Shown: piece after piece, positions 26,930 through 39,364 of the stretch
Position numbering within the stretch: the first letter of the stretch is position 1
How the letters are laid out: the number at the start of each line of letters is the position of its first letter
DNA from: Camelus ferus
Taxonomy: Eukaryota
Assembly: GCF_009834535.1 (NCBI RefSeq)
Contig: NC_045696.1
Location: 113,958,001 to 114,022,000, forward strand
Direction of reading: 5' to 3'
Length of the DNA: 64,000 nucleotides
Program-made: the position numbers and the translations under genes
Notes under the pieces: generated by a model
Seen by the model: only the letters and a program-made list of their open reading frames with translations
Databases searched by the model: none
What the model was told of the DNA's origin: nothing

Positions 26930-27515
26930 AGCTACATCATATCACCAATCTGCTGAAAACTCTCCAGTGACTTCCCATCTCGCCTAAGCTAACATCCTTT
27001 CTGTGGCCTCCAGGATTCAACCTGACCTACCCCTGCTTCCCCCCGACCCCATCTCCTCTCTCTCTCCCACCATGCACTCTGCTCCAGACACACTGGTCTC
27101 TCATTGGTTCCTCTAACATGCCAAGCATGTCCTTTTCTCCCCCAGACATTTTTCTCCCACAGGAAGAGATTAAATTAACACAGCATGCTCCCTCATCATA
27201 AGGTCTTTCCTCCAATGTCAACTTATCAAAGACGACTTCTCTGACTACCCTCTCCAAACAAACCACAACCCCCACCCCCACTCACTGGTAGTATCTGTCT
27301 TGCCCTCTTCCTGGCTTGACTTTGCTCCAAAGCATTCACTGCCTTCTGACCACAAAATAATTTATTTTTTCACTTTCTTCTTCCCCCACTAGGATGTAAA
27401 CTCCAAGCCAGCTGCATTTTGTTTTGTTTTCTTTATGTTTTGTTCATTACTGTGTCTCCAGCACCTAAACAGTTCCTGGCACACATGAGGTATTTAACAA
27501 ATATTTGTTTAATGA
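26930..27515 (+). mobile_element. L2a 3' end
   Basis: 'aaaactctccagtgacttccca', 'ccactaggatgtaaactcc', 'tgtctccagcacctaaacagttcctggcacacatgaggta..aaatatttgtt'. Confidence 0.8.
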
Positions 27516-27714
27516 CCAAAAGACTGACTTAGTGAATAAGGTTCTCTCTACTCTGATTTGTACCAATATTCCATTTTCTAGTTTTTAAAAGTGATACCTA
27601 CCATTTATACACATTTGTAGCCTGACCTTAGTTGGAAGAATTAAAAAAAAACTTCATGAGAACTTTTAAAACCTAAACTGTACTTTGATTTACCTTAAAA
27701 ATCGAATGTAATAC

Positions 27715-29240
27715 ATTAGTAGGTTGAAAGTAAAGGGATGGAAAAGGATATACCATGCAAACAATCTTTTAAAAGGCAAGAATGGCTATATCAGCATCAG
27801 ATAAAGTAGACGTCAAAGCAAAGAAGTCACTAGAGACAAACAAGGAGACTACATAGTGATGAAAGGATGACTGCATCAGGGAGACATAATCCTAAGTATG
27901 CAGGCACCAACTAAGAGAATCTGAAAATACATCAAGCAAAACCTGACAGAACTGGGAGGAGAAGACAAAGCCATGATTAGAGCTAGGAACTTCAATACTT
28001 CACTGTCAGCAATGACAGAACTACCAGACAGGAGATCAGGAAGGGCTGAGAAGAATGAACAACCAACCAACCACTGGGATATACTGACATACACAGACCA
28101 CCGCACCCAACAACAGCAGATTACACATTCTTTTCAAGAGCCCATGGACCAGGAACCAAGGTAGATAATGACCTGGGTCATAAAACAAATTTCAAGAAAT
28201 TTAAAAGAATTGAAATCATACAGAGTCTATTTTCCACAATAATAGAATCAAACTACAAATCAACAACAGTTAATTTAAGCAGAAAAATCTCCAACAGTTA
28301 GCTATCAAACAACATAAAATAATCCATGTGCCAAACAGGAAGTCTCAAAGAAAGTGAAGAAAAATACATAGAACTGAATGAAAAGGAAAACACACCAAAC
28401 CAAAATGTGTGCAGTGGGGCCTAACTCCCCACACCTTACATGTGAGTCGACGGAGTGAGCTCCTTCCAAAGTTGACAGCACAGGTAGCAGGAGAGGGTAA
28501 CTTCACCGAGGACAAACCTGGCAAGCACAACCCATGCACGTGATCAGACTGAAAATCATCGGTGGTAAGTCAGTCATGCTGATCACAGGTACCCTTGCCA
28601 TGGTATGATGAAATGGTACCTTAACTCGTGTTCTCCTGTCAAGAACCCATAAACCCCAGCCTCACCAGGAGAAAAACATCAGACAAATCCTAGTTGAGGG
28701 ACATTCTACAAGGTATCTGAAGAGCATTCCTGAAAACTGTCAAGGTAATGAAAACAAAGCAAGTCTAAACAACTGCCACTGTCTAGAAGAGCCTAAGGAG
28801 ACATGATGAATGAATGCAATGTGATATCCAGGATGAGATCCTGGGATGGAAAAAAAAACATTAGATTGAAAACTAAGAAAATATGAATAAATATGAACTC
28901 CACTTAATAATAACATATCAATATATGTTTACTAGTTGTGACAAATGTATCATACTAAAATAAGAAATGAGATTTAAAATTTAACACCCCAACCCACCCT
29001 GGCCAAATCTTGGGTACCTAAGGCTAGGTAAAGAATTCTTAGACTTGACACCAAAAAGCATCATCCATTAAAGGAAAACTTGGTAAGCTGATCCTCATCA
29101 AGAGTTAGAACTTCTGCTCTGTGAAAGACCCTGTTAAGAAGCTGAACAGACAATGAAAGTTCAAGGAATCTCTTTGTTTTGTCTCATGGCTGTGTTTGAG
29201 TCTATGGTTATCTGAATCTTAAAAGTTTAACTTAAAAATC
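27715..29240 (+). mobile_element. Old L1 (L1MC-type) fragments: ORF2 endonuclease region, 3'UTR and a further ORF2 piece
   Basis: 'ggttgaaagtaaagggatggaaaaggatataccatgcaaac' (EN region), 'aaaacatcagacaaatcc..ttgagggacattctaca' (L1MC3-like 3'UTR), 'cttagacttgacaccaaaa..ttctgctctgtgaaagac' (ORF2). Confidence 0.8.
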
Positions 29241-29307
29241 CAACACAGTGAAACGGAATGGTACATACTCAAGAAATCATTAACTTCTTTCATAATGAAT
29301 CAGTGTT

Positions 29308-29427
29308 GAAAAAAATGTGATAATGAGTGTGTATACATCCATGTATGACTGAAAAATTGTGCTGAACACTAGACTTTGACACAACATTGTAAAATGATTA
29401 TAAATCAGTAAAAAGTGTTTTTAAAAA
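29308..29427 (+). mobile_element. ~120-bp 5'-truncated lineage-type L1 tail inserted in a MIR
   Basis: Homologous to the 3' ends at 37270-37390 and 42210-42337; perfect 14-bp TSD aatgaatcagtgtt at 29294-29307 and 29428-29441. Confidence 0.9.
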
Positions 29428-30639
29428 AATGAATCAGTGTTAAGGATTAAATGAAAGCTTAAGAGAATGACTAGCATAAAGTAATCAATAAATGTTAGCA
29501 TGTCCTATCACTATTACCTGAAAAGGAAAAACTAAAGGATAATACTTTTCCTTTAAACAGACATCACTTAGATCTTGAAAGAACTTTTTAGTTGCACTGA
29601 TTTTTTAAAACAAATCATTAAGATACTTAAGCTTGTGTATGGTATCAAAGTATCAAAGGATAAACTGGATTTGGAAACTCTAAAAAAAAATTAGTCTAAT
29701 ATCTGCCAAACATTTCCTTAAGTTACATGCAAATTCTCCTTTGAAAATCACTGCTTTACATGGTGGTCAACTGACATATCAACTGTACAAATAAGCCATA
29801 AGTGTTTCAAAATCATAGAAGGATAATTAGAAATAAGTGGTATAACAATGTTGCTCTAACCTTTTTCAGTAACAATAAATCCTCTTTTATCTAATGCATT
29901 CTTCTTGAGGAATAATAAATAAGCTCTTTGGGCATAACTATGTAACCTCAAATATGTTTTCAAAGCCTAGGGTACTAATTTGGTCTGATCTAAGAAGTAA
30001 CTATATAAACAAACATGGCTAAATAGTTTAGAGCATTTTAGATTCCTAAATCATTTACCCCAGAATTTATCTAGTCCAGTCCTGACGCAGAAAGTTGCTG
30101 GACAATGAAATGGCCATTTGATCTCTCTCCCTACACCTCCAGGGAAGGCGTTCTGCCTTATCCAAATTCAAACTGCTCAATTAGGAGACACCCAAATCCC
30201 AATTCCTTGCAATGTGCACCTGTTCAATATATAGTTTGGAACACAGAACTCTATCTAAATAATTTGTCTTGTACTTATTATGTGTCAAAGTTTTAAAGAC
30301 GGTTATCATCTACCCCTACAGGATAAATGTATCCTAGCCAGCAACATACAGTAAATTTACTTTTAAGGATTCCTTATTTTCAATGTTTACTTCTATACAA
30401 TAAAAGAGTGCTTTCAAAGTCCTGCTGCAGTCTGGAAGTGTAGCAATAGAGACATGAGCTCAAGCAACTGTAAGTATAGTATTTAGAGCTGTGAAAGGGA
30501 AGTACTAAGTATGGCTCTGAGGTACATATTTACAGACCAAATTTGTTTAAAATTGTTTATAAACACTTTGGTTTTAAAATCATATCTGACTTCTGAATAT
30601 ATTAGGAGGCGGTCTCCAATCTGGGTAAGCTGGGGAAAG

Positions 30640-30767
30640 GCTGGCTTCTACAAGCGTTTCATCCCACACCCACTGCATTGGAATTTATGGTGCAGTGCCA
30701 CAAGAATCTAAATTTTTAACAAGATTCCTGGGTGTTTTCATGCACAATTAAGATTAAGATCATCTGT
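30640..30767. mobile_element. MER5-type hAT MITE remnant
   Basis: 'gaatctaaatttttaacaag..ggtgttttcatgcacaattaagattaagatcatctg'. Confidence 0.5.
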
Positions 30768-30799
30768 TCTGTTGTAAGTCACCACTCAACACAGAAGCG

Positions 30800-31155
30800 G
30801 GATGCTGTGTAATAATTTTTATTCTTGCCGAATAGGGGATCTCTCCATTTTCCTACACTGGGGGAACCCTGCAATTACTGAAGTAAACTGAAAAGGGTGA
30901 GTACAAACTGCATCAACACTTCAGACAGTGAAAGTAGTTAGAATCTCCTGGAACACCTCTTGTTACGTATGGCCCATTTAAGGCAAGGCTCTCCAGGAGA
31001 GGGCCAGGAGTGATGTGCAGACACTGACGGTTAAGCCTTGATGGAAGTCGTCCTGGCCAGCAATAAAGCCTACTGTGCCACCCGCCAGCATTTGTGCCAA
31101 CGGAGTCAAGCTGTCTGAGCCACTGGCTCCAATTACTTGTTGTTGTCTAATTAGC
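30800..31155 (-). other. Candidate terminal exon of an unidentified spliced transcript
   Basis: Acceptor gtttcctttggtatgcag|G at 31156, AATAAA at 30818-30823 (minus) followed by GU-rich 'cttctgtgttgagtggtg'; non-repetitive sequence. Confidence 0.45.
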
Positions 31156-32670
31156 CTGCATACCAAAGGAAACAACAACATTGAGTAAATTCAACAATCT
31201 CTCATCAAAACGTAATATTTAAATTCCTTGTATCAACTCATTTAGAGCCATTTGGCAGGGAATCTGCCCTTTTGCCCGCCTACATACCAATTTTCTGCCT
31301 ACTATTCTGCCTGGTATTTTGGCAAAATATAAACACTGCATTCGCCTTTAACTGTCAAATTCAAGGCAAACACAAAGAGAAAATATGCAATTTCACCCCC
31401 CGCAGCACCTGATAAAATGCATCCACTGAGCAAATTTTTTGATGCCCATTGTGAGAAAGGAGCCGAGTTCATGTTTAGAAGTGTCATAAATATTTGTCTA
31501 CTTGATTTGACTTTTCAATATAATACTGAAATTTTGACTTTTAATTATAACTGGAATTCCCTATTATCAAACATAAAAATTCCTATGTCTGTGGATTCCT
31601 ACCTTAATTTTCATATCATTAAACACTAAAATGCTCACAAAAATTATTATTTTGTTATATTCTCAAGAGGAATCAACACCTGCTATAGCAAATACAACCC
31701 TGGGGCAGAATGGCAAGAACTTAAGTATGAATTTCTTAGTTTAAATGGCACACGTGCACAAAGATCACTGAGACCAAGATATTTTAGCCATAATAAACAA
31801 GAGGCTACTTTGTAGACTCACAGACACAGACAGAGAGGTAGAATGTACTTCTAGAGATTATCTAATCTGATATTTCATTTCACAAATCAGGAAACTTGCC
31901 TGTCAAGATTGCTGGCATGCTTTATTTTTCTTTTCTTTTTCACTGAACTAAATTATTCTGAAATGTTGCATTCCATTTCATATTAGATCACAGAAAAGAA
32001 AGTATGTGATGTCCTCAACATTTATACTATGACCACTGTTCTATGTTTATGTTAATAAGTGTGAGGTAATTATTACACACTACAATTAAAAGAAAAATGA
32101 AATGACACTTCATGAAATCAGAACCTGGAAAACTTCATCTTCACAAGCTCCTAGACCACACCAACTCCCAATTTACACACAGACGTTTTCTCTGAATCTT
32201 ATGATGCCTCCTTCAGACTTGCATAAGGTTTCACTAGTCTATACAATTTTGTCCAGCCATCCCAGGGTGATAAGACGAAATAAAGCTAAAGTTTTGGCTT
32301 ATTTCACCAGAATATCACCTCTTATTTAGGTCACCATTCATTTTACATTTCAGCAAGACTGATTCTACCTGCAGCATTGCCCCCAACCCATCTTCCAACC
32401 TGATGCCTACCTAACAATTCTATATAATTCTGTCGCCCAAGTATTCAGTCCCGGTTTTTCTACACATGGCGAAGAAGAGACAATGAGTGTTTTACTAAGC
32501 ACACACGTTTGCCTGGCTGACAGGAAAAAAAAGATAGAGAATTAAGTCATACCCCTTCATTGCCTGAAAGACTAGAAAAAGCGATTCCAGAATAAATTCC
32601 TGACTGACAGTCTACAGCACTAATCACAGCCACAAATAAACCTGGCTATAAATACAATAAGCAATCTTAC

Positions 32671-32842
32671 CTGTATTGGCGTACACAAGCGTTTCTCCTT
32701 ATTTACAAGGCTAAAGAGTTTCTCGTCAGTGAGACAGTGTGGACAGTGACAGAAGGAACGCAACAGCAGCAGATCAGATTCCATGTTGCAGATTAAACTG
32801 TATGTGCCATTATACGGCTTCGAGAAATTTTTGAAGCCAAAA
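32671..32842 (-). other. Candidate internal exon of the same transcript
   Basis: Donor CAG|gtaaga at 32670, acceptor gttgtgtttag| at 32843; CpG-retaining unique sequence; one open frame. Confidence 0.45.
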
Positions 32843-35800
32843 CTAAACACAACCTCAAACTTTTTTTAAAAGAAGATACCTGACATTATGACCTTTCACT
32901 TAATAATCAATATTTTTAGTAAGATTAAGTGATTTAGAAAAATCAAGGGATGGAAACACCTTAAGTGTTTCTCTTTAAACCAACTTAAAAACATAAAAAT
33001 CTCAGCAGCTACTCAAAAAGACAGTCTCAAAAATAAACATGAAAACAGAAAAAACACGGGTTGATGCCCCTCCTTTTTTTAGATTACAGTTTACAAAACA
33101 TATATTTATAAGAAATGAAAATGAGAGAGGAAATTCTTACTGCTATATGAGGGAGTTTCCAAGCACCAAATGATAATCTTGTCACCTCACCAGGAGCTAA
33201 CGAAAAGTGTCCAAATTTAAGACACTTGTTCTTTCCCCACCCTCACTTAAATCAACCTCCCCGCCTCTAAATTTTCATAATGTCGTACTTGACTGAAGTA
33301 CCCTACTGCTTGAAGGCAGCCTGATGTTTATTACTCACAGGATGACCATTTAACTTGTCATCCAAACCAGGACTTGTGAAAGTGAAAAATTACACGAGGA
33401 CGAGAGACTCCTAGTGGGCTCCCCAGTTATCCTCACTGTTCTCTTTCCTCTACTGGACCTGAAGCTCAATGATATGGAGGAGGTGAAGATTCATTATTAC
33501 ATTTCCCACAGTAGCACATTATCTTGCACAAACTAAGCATTCAAGTTATTCATTCAAGTTTCATGCTGGAAAATAAATTAACTCAAGATGATTTTCACAG
33601 CTGCTTAGGGAAACACAAGTAAGTGCAACATTCTCACTCCTTTGGATAAAGTCTAAAATTTGTAAATCTATTGCTCTGGACTTAAAAGTCCAAGAAAAGA
33701 ATGATAATGGTAAATTACTTAGGCTACCCATTAAATATACATTAACATCCTCTATAGACGACTAAAGGACCTATATGTGTTCAAATCATAACTGTAAAAT
33801 CTTAACAGTTATCACTGTTCATGAAAAAGCTTCTGCAAGTATGGTATACTCCTGGCAGCTTAAAAATCTGGAGAATTTTCCCCCTCCTCCAGCCAGTATC
33901 ACACTGGTAAACTATGGGAAAGAGTATACAAATTGAATGTTTTTATTTACTTTTCAGGTTATTATTGTTTCATGCACATTTGCTAAATACAAAACACAGT
34001 AAATGTAAATCCTTATCCCAAAGAAAAGAAAATCAAGGCTTGCTCTACTGTGGCTATTTCTCAGAGTAAAATAGTCTAATATTTGTATTCTTAGTGAACA
34101 GAATGAATGTGCGCCTAGCAGACTCAAAATTGCTAAAGTTTGCCTGATACTAAATAAGAACCCATTCTGCCCTGCTTCCCATTAACTCTGCATCAGCACA
34201 TCTAGTTTTCATTAGGACTAGTCCTGATCAGTGGCAGAAGCAACTGGCGTTGCTAAAATATTTATAGTTTCATTTCAGTTCCACCTTGATATGCTGAACA
34301 GACATAAAACCACAGTCTTTATCATATGAGCCACTTCCTGTAATTCACAAGTGAGCCCAATTCCACTATTCATTATGTTAACACACAATTTAACAAAATA
34401 AAATACCACAGATAAAGAAAATAATCAGAATTCACTTAGCTCTTTTCTCTTTTTAATTCTTTTCCCAAAAGGAAGGTGTGAAAAAAAATGTTGAGGAAGT
34501 ACTTCTGAACTACTTTTCTTTTCTGCACTTTTAGTCAATTATAGATAAGTCACTGTTATCTATGATAATGGGAAGCAGAAATAATAGGGATGAGGCACAA
34601 ATATCCTAACTATTTTCATTCTTCTTCACACTCAAAATTTAAGGAATCTGCTAACGAAAAACAAACTGAAGGACATGAACTTCGTTTCCTATTCCTCTTT
34701 CTGATACTGCAGCTGACATGTCTGTAGAGTTGGTCAGAAGGTGGCTGCCAGAAGGGAGAGGAGAAAAGCAGATAAAAGACAGGAACTGGGTAATCAGACC
34801 CTAACCAGACCTTTCAGGAAGCATCCACCTCTAGTTCCCTTTATAATTCACAAGGAAGCTTGTTCTTTCTTTAATTCACTTATGGCACAGAGTTTAGCCA
34901 AGATTTTTATTCTTAAACAAATTTAGTCAAATATGACAGACCTCAAGCAACAAAACTTCATTTGTGTAAAAAATTAAATGTCCTGAACAGTATTTTTCAT
35001 TTTTAATAAAATCATAAACTCAACTAATGTAACACTGCAATGAAACCGTTCTATTCTGGTATAACCATAAGTGATGAAGTGGAGCAGAAATCAACTGGCC
35101 CAGCACCAACTGAAGACTCCAGAGTATTTAATACAGCAAAAAACAACAAAACATCACGCAGTAAGGAGTCAAACAAACATTTAACACTGCACAGTTAATC
35201 CAGAATCAGAGAGTACATACTGCTGGGTTTACACAGCTTATGGGCACATGTCAAGCTGGTAGCATTCATTCACCCACTGATTTTTAAAACACTGACTGAG
35301 CAAGGCCCTGGAGAAGTGAAGAAGTACATCACAACTTCTGCCTTCAATGAGCTCACTCATGGTGCCAACAAGCAACATTTGTGCCAACAGAGGCAGGTAC
35401 CAAAGTGCTAGAGAGGCCACAGAGGAATAAGAGAGTTCTGCCTCCTTTGGGAGAAAAGGCAGGCTTCACAGAGAAGGTGGCATTTGAGCTAAAACTAAGA
35501 GGAATCTGCGGAAAGAAGAGGAAAGGAATCCTGGCATTTGGAGGAGTTTAATACAACCCCCAGCCCCTACTGGACTAGCTTCGGGGTCATGCCAAATTAC
35601 AGAAATTATTCCTCTTAAATTCTCTAAAATAAAAATCATCAAGACTTTTACATTCATTGGAAAAAATAAGATAATACGACCATGACTGATCAGTGACAGG
35701 AAAAGAAATAGGTAGCCATAGGACTAAATTATCAAGGTCATAAAATATACGCAAGTTACATAAACTCCAAACCTCAGTTTTCCCATTTACAAAATGGAAA

Positions 35801-36542
35801 TAATAAAAGCTGTCCAACCTGTCTTTATAAGGTAGCTATGAGGATCAAATATAATAATATATATTAAGTTTATTTATCAAGATACAGCAATAAACAAAGC
35901 AAATCATAATTTATTAAGACCTTATAAATCTTGATGTTAAGTAATTCCAAATTCATGGATTCAAAAAATTTTAAGTGAGGTATGTAGATAAGATTTTATG
36001 TTCATATTAATACTAATTATTGACAGTTCCTTATGATTTACTGAAACATCAATTTTGACAAAGGCAACAAGGAAATGTTTTCTACTACGAAAAAAATACA
36101 AAATTCTCAGCTCTCCGTGGCTTAGTTAAGCCTAAAATCAAATTATTTGGTATAGAGGCCAAATTAATGCTAGAGAAAATAATTAGTATAGTATTAAATT
36201 ACAAGGAAAATACATGGTATTTCCTACAGCTTTCTAAAAAAAGAAGACTACATAGCTTCATGGATTTGGGGAAGTGTTACTGTTTGTTCTAGCCCTACAG
36301 TTATCTGTAAATTCTAAGGCTTAGAAAGTTACATAACCTCTAAGTACTTCAATTAATTTATCCATTTGGTGGGTGAGACTAAGCAAAACCTAACGTTCAA
36401 ACTTCTAAAATTCTAATGAAAAGCATTCGTAATAAATGAATGTATACAGAGAGGTAGTTACAGTTTTAGAAAATAAGATATAGAGCCTACAAAGCTTTAC
36501 AGAAAACACTAAAAAAAACAACAACAACAACAAAAAAAAAAC

Positions 36543-37391
36543 CCTCAATATCACTAATTATCAGAGAAATGCAAATCAAAACTACAATGAGATATCATCT
36601 CACACCAGTCAGAATGGCCATCATTCAAAAGTCCACAAATGACAAATGCTGGAGACGCTGTGGAGAAAAGGGAACCCTCCTACACTGCTGGTGGGAATGC
36701 AGTTTGGTGCAGCCACTGTGGAAAACAGTATGGAGATTCCTGAAAAGATTAGGAACAGACTTACCATATGATCCAGGAATCTCGCTCCTGGGCATATATC
36801 CAGAAGGAACCCTACTTCAAAATGACACCTGCACCCCAATGTTCACAGCAGCACTATTTACAATAAGCAAGACATGGAAACAGCCTAAATGTCCATCAAC
36901 AGATGACTGGATAAAGAAGAAGTGGTATATTTATACAATGGAATACTATTCAGCCATAAAAACCAACAACATAACACCATTTGCAGCAACATGGATGTAA
37001 CTGGAGAATGTCATTCTAAGTGAAGTAAGCCAGAAAGAGAAAGAAAAATACCATATGAGATCGCTCATATGAGGAATCTAAAGCAAAACAAAACAAAACA
37101 TAAATACAAAACAGAAACAGACTCATAGACATAGAATACAAACTTGTGGTTGCCAAGGGGGTGGGGGCTGGGAAGGGACAGACTGGGATTTCAAAATGTG
37201 GAATAAACAAGATTATACTGTATAGCACAGGGAAATATATACAAGATCTTGTGGTAGCTCACAGCAAAAAAAAAAAATGTGACAATGAATATATGTATGT
37301 TCATGTATAACTGAAAACTTGTGCTCTACACTGGAATTTGACACAACATTGTAAAATGACTATAATTCAATAAAAAAATGTTTAAAAAAAA
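36543..37391 (+). mobile_element. Young 5'-truncated L1 (ORF2 C-terminal Cys-rich domain + 3'UTR)
   Basis: ORF 36569-37000 [37 protein letters not shown]-rich 3'UTR tract; aataaa and A tail. Confidence 0.95.
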
Positions 37392-38876
37392 GGGAAATTT
37401 GAATAAAAGACTGGCTAGCTTCCTGGGAACTTAGGGAAAGAAAAACAAAACTCTGTGATTATTCCTTTTTGTTAATGAAGTGTCAGAGTGATTTCCCAGT
37501 CTAAAAAGCAGCACTTCGGCCTGGAAGAAATAACAGAGATTTATAATGGCTTCCAGTATCAGAAATCTCTAAGTGTAGAGCTCAGCTAGGTTAAAACTAA
37601 TCACTATAGAATGTTAACCCGACATAAATACATTTAGAGTTTTTCAAAAGCTTTCAAGATGTCGTGATGGCCCTTTCAACTAACTGAATGAGATAAAAAA
37701 CTTGCAAGCCAGATGGTGACATTTACATCAAATAAATACCCACGAAAGTGATGTGTTATAAGTTCATTATGAAAAATTCCAGCTTTCAATGAAATGAAGA
37801 CTTAGATTATATAATTAGGCCATTATATATTCCAAGTAAAATTTTACTTAGTGAAATGAAACTTTATTCACATTCTTCTCAAGCCATTTATTTTTAAATG
37901 TTTTCTATGTAGGTGTAAAAATAAAGGCTATTAAATCATGTAAGAGACAATTCCAATCATTTTAACAAAGGGTTGTAAAAGTTTTCGATAGGTGAATATG
38001 TTGAAAAATAACACCAGCACTAATGGAAATCATCTCTCTACAGCCTAAACTCCTTGAAGAGTTCTGTGCATTCCTCCTGTGTCTGTCTCACTATCACACT
38101 CTCAAAGATGCTGAATTAAAATGACTCACAGGGTCAAGACTTTGTAAAGAGCTGTATGGAGAGTTCAGAGAACCTCCCCCACCTTCAGCACGGCCACGCA
38201 CACATACTCCCACACACACCCCATTTATTAATCTGGCCAAAATTAGCAAAGACAATGATTCAGAGTCTCTGTAGATTAACCAAAGGGCTTGCAACAAACT
38301 GCAAAGCATTTATCTAACAAAATTTGTGAATGCTCAGTAGTAACAGTGGGAGGCCACGGTATTCCAGCCAGAGTCCACCCCTGATCCCCCCACAACTCTG
38401 TGCTAGGAAGACCTGTTTCAGGCGGCTCATCCCCACAGAGCCCTTCAGTGGAAGAGCTGTTCCTGATGGGTCTGACGGCTGGTTACCATCAGCAGATACC
38501 ATTTTCCTTGGTTCTCCGCTGAAGAAGCCCTACACCAAGGAGGTGGTGGCAGCCAGGCAGCACCATCTCACCATTCCTGATTCCCACTACCAGATGTGGG
38601 CTGTGCAAGATCTTTCTAGATGGCAGCACCAGCTTCCATCCCCTTCACACACAAACATATACACAGGAAGACCCAGGTGGAGAGCTGGTAAAGAGTGAGC
38701 CCTTCATCACGCTCCAGTGACTGACCCACAGATCTAAGCCCAGGAGTGTCTATGCAAGCTTCAAAGACTGGCAGCATCCAGATTCTGGCCAAGGAGCCAG
38801 ACATCATTTGGATCAGAAGGTGCAGCAATGTGTATGCCCCAGAGCATTACTGAAAACAAAAGAGCAAATCAGCTAC

Positions 38877-39364
38877 TACTGGGGGTTTAACTGTGTCCTC
38901 CAAAAGGTTGATGTCCTAAAAACCTCCCATCTGTGAATGTGACCTCACTGGGAAACATGACCTTTGTAGATGCAATTAAGTTAAAGATAAGGTCATCAGA
39001 GTGAACCCTAATCCAACATGACTGGTGTCCTTACAAGAGGAGAGAAATCTGGACATGGACACACACACACAGAGGAGAACACCATGTGGAGAAAGACATG
39101 TAAGGACAGACAGCCATGTGAAGACAAAAGCAGAGATCGGAGTGCTGCATTAAGAAGATAACGAATGCCAAGGACTGCTGGCAAACACCAGAAGCGAGAA
39201 GAGGCAAGGAAGGATTCTCCCTACAGGTTTCAGAGGGAGGATGACCCTGGGTACAACTTGATTGTGGACTTCTAGACTTCAAAACTGTGAGACAATAAAA
39301 TCCTACTGTTTTAAGTCACCTACTTTGTGGTAATTTGCTACAGCAGCCCTAGAAAACAAATACA
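38877..39364 (+). mobile_element. MaLR LTR (MLT1C-like)
   Basis: 'ccctaatccaacatgactggtgtcctta', 'gaggcaaggaaggattctccc', 'aactgtgagacaataaa...gcagccctagaaaacaaataca'; near-TSD gctac/gctag. Confidence 0.9.

Noticed and set aside
35221..35307. 87-nt candidate minus-strand exon (cttctccag| ... GCA|gtatgt)
   Set aside because: Weak donor, adjacent to L2-like sequence; such pairs arise by chance.
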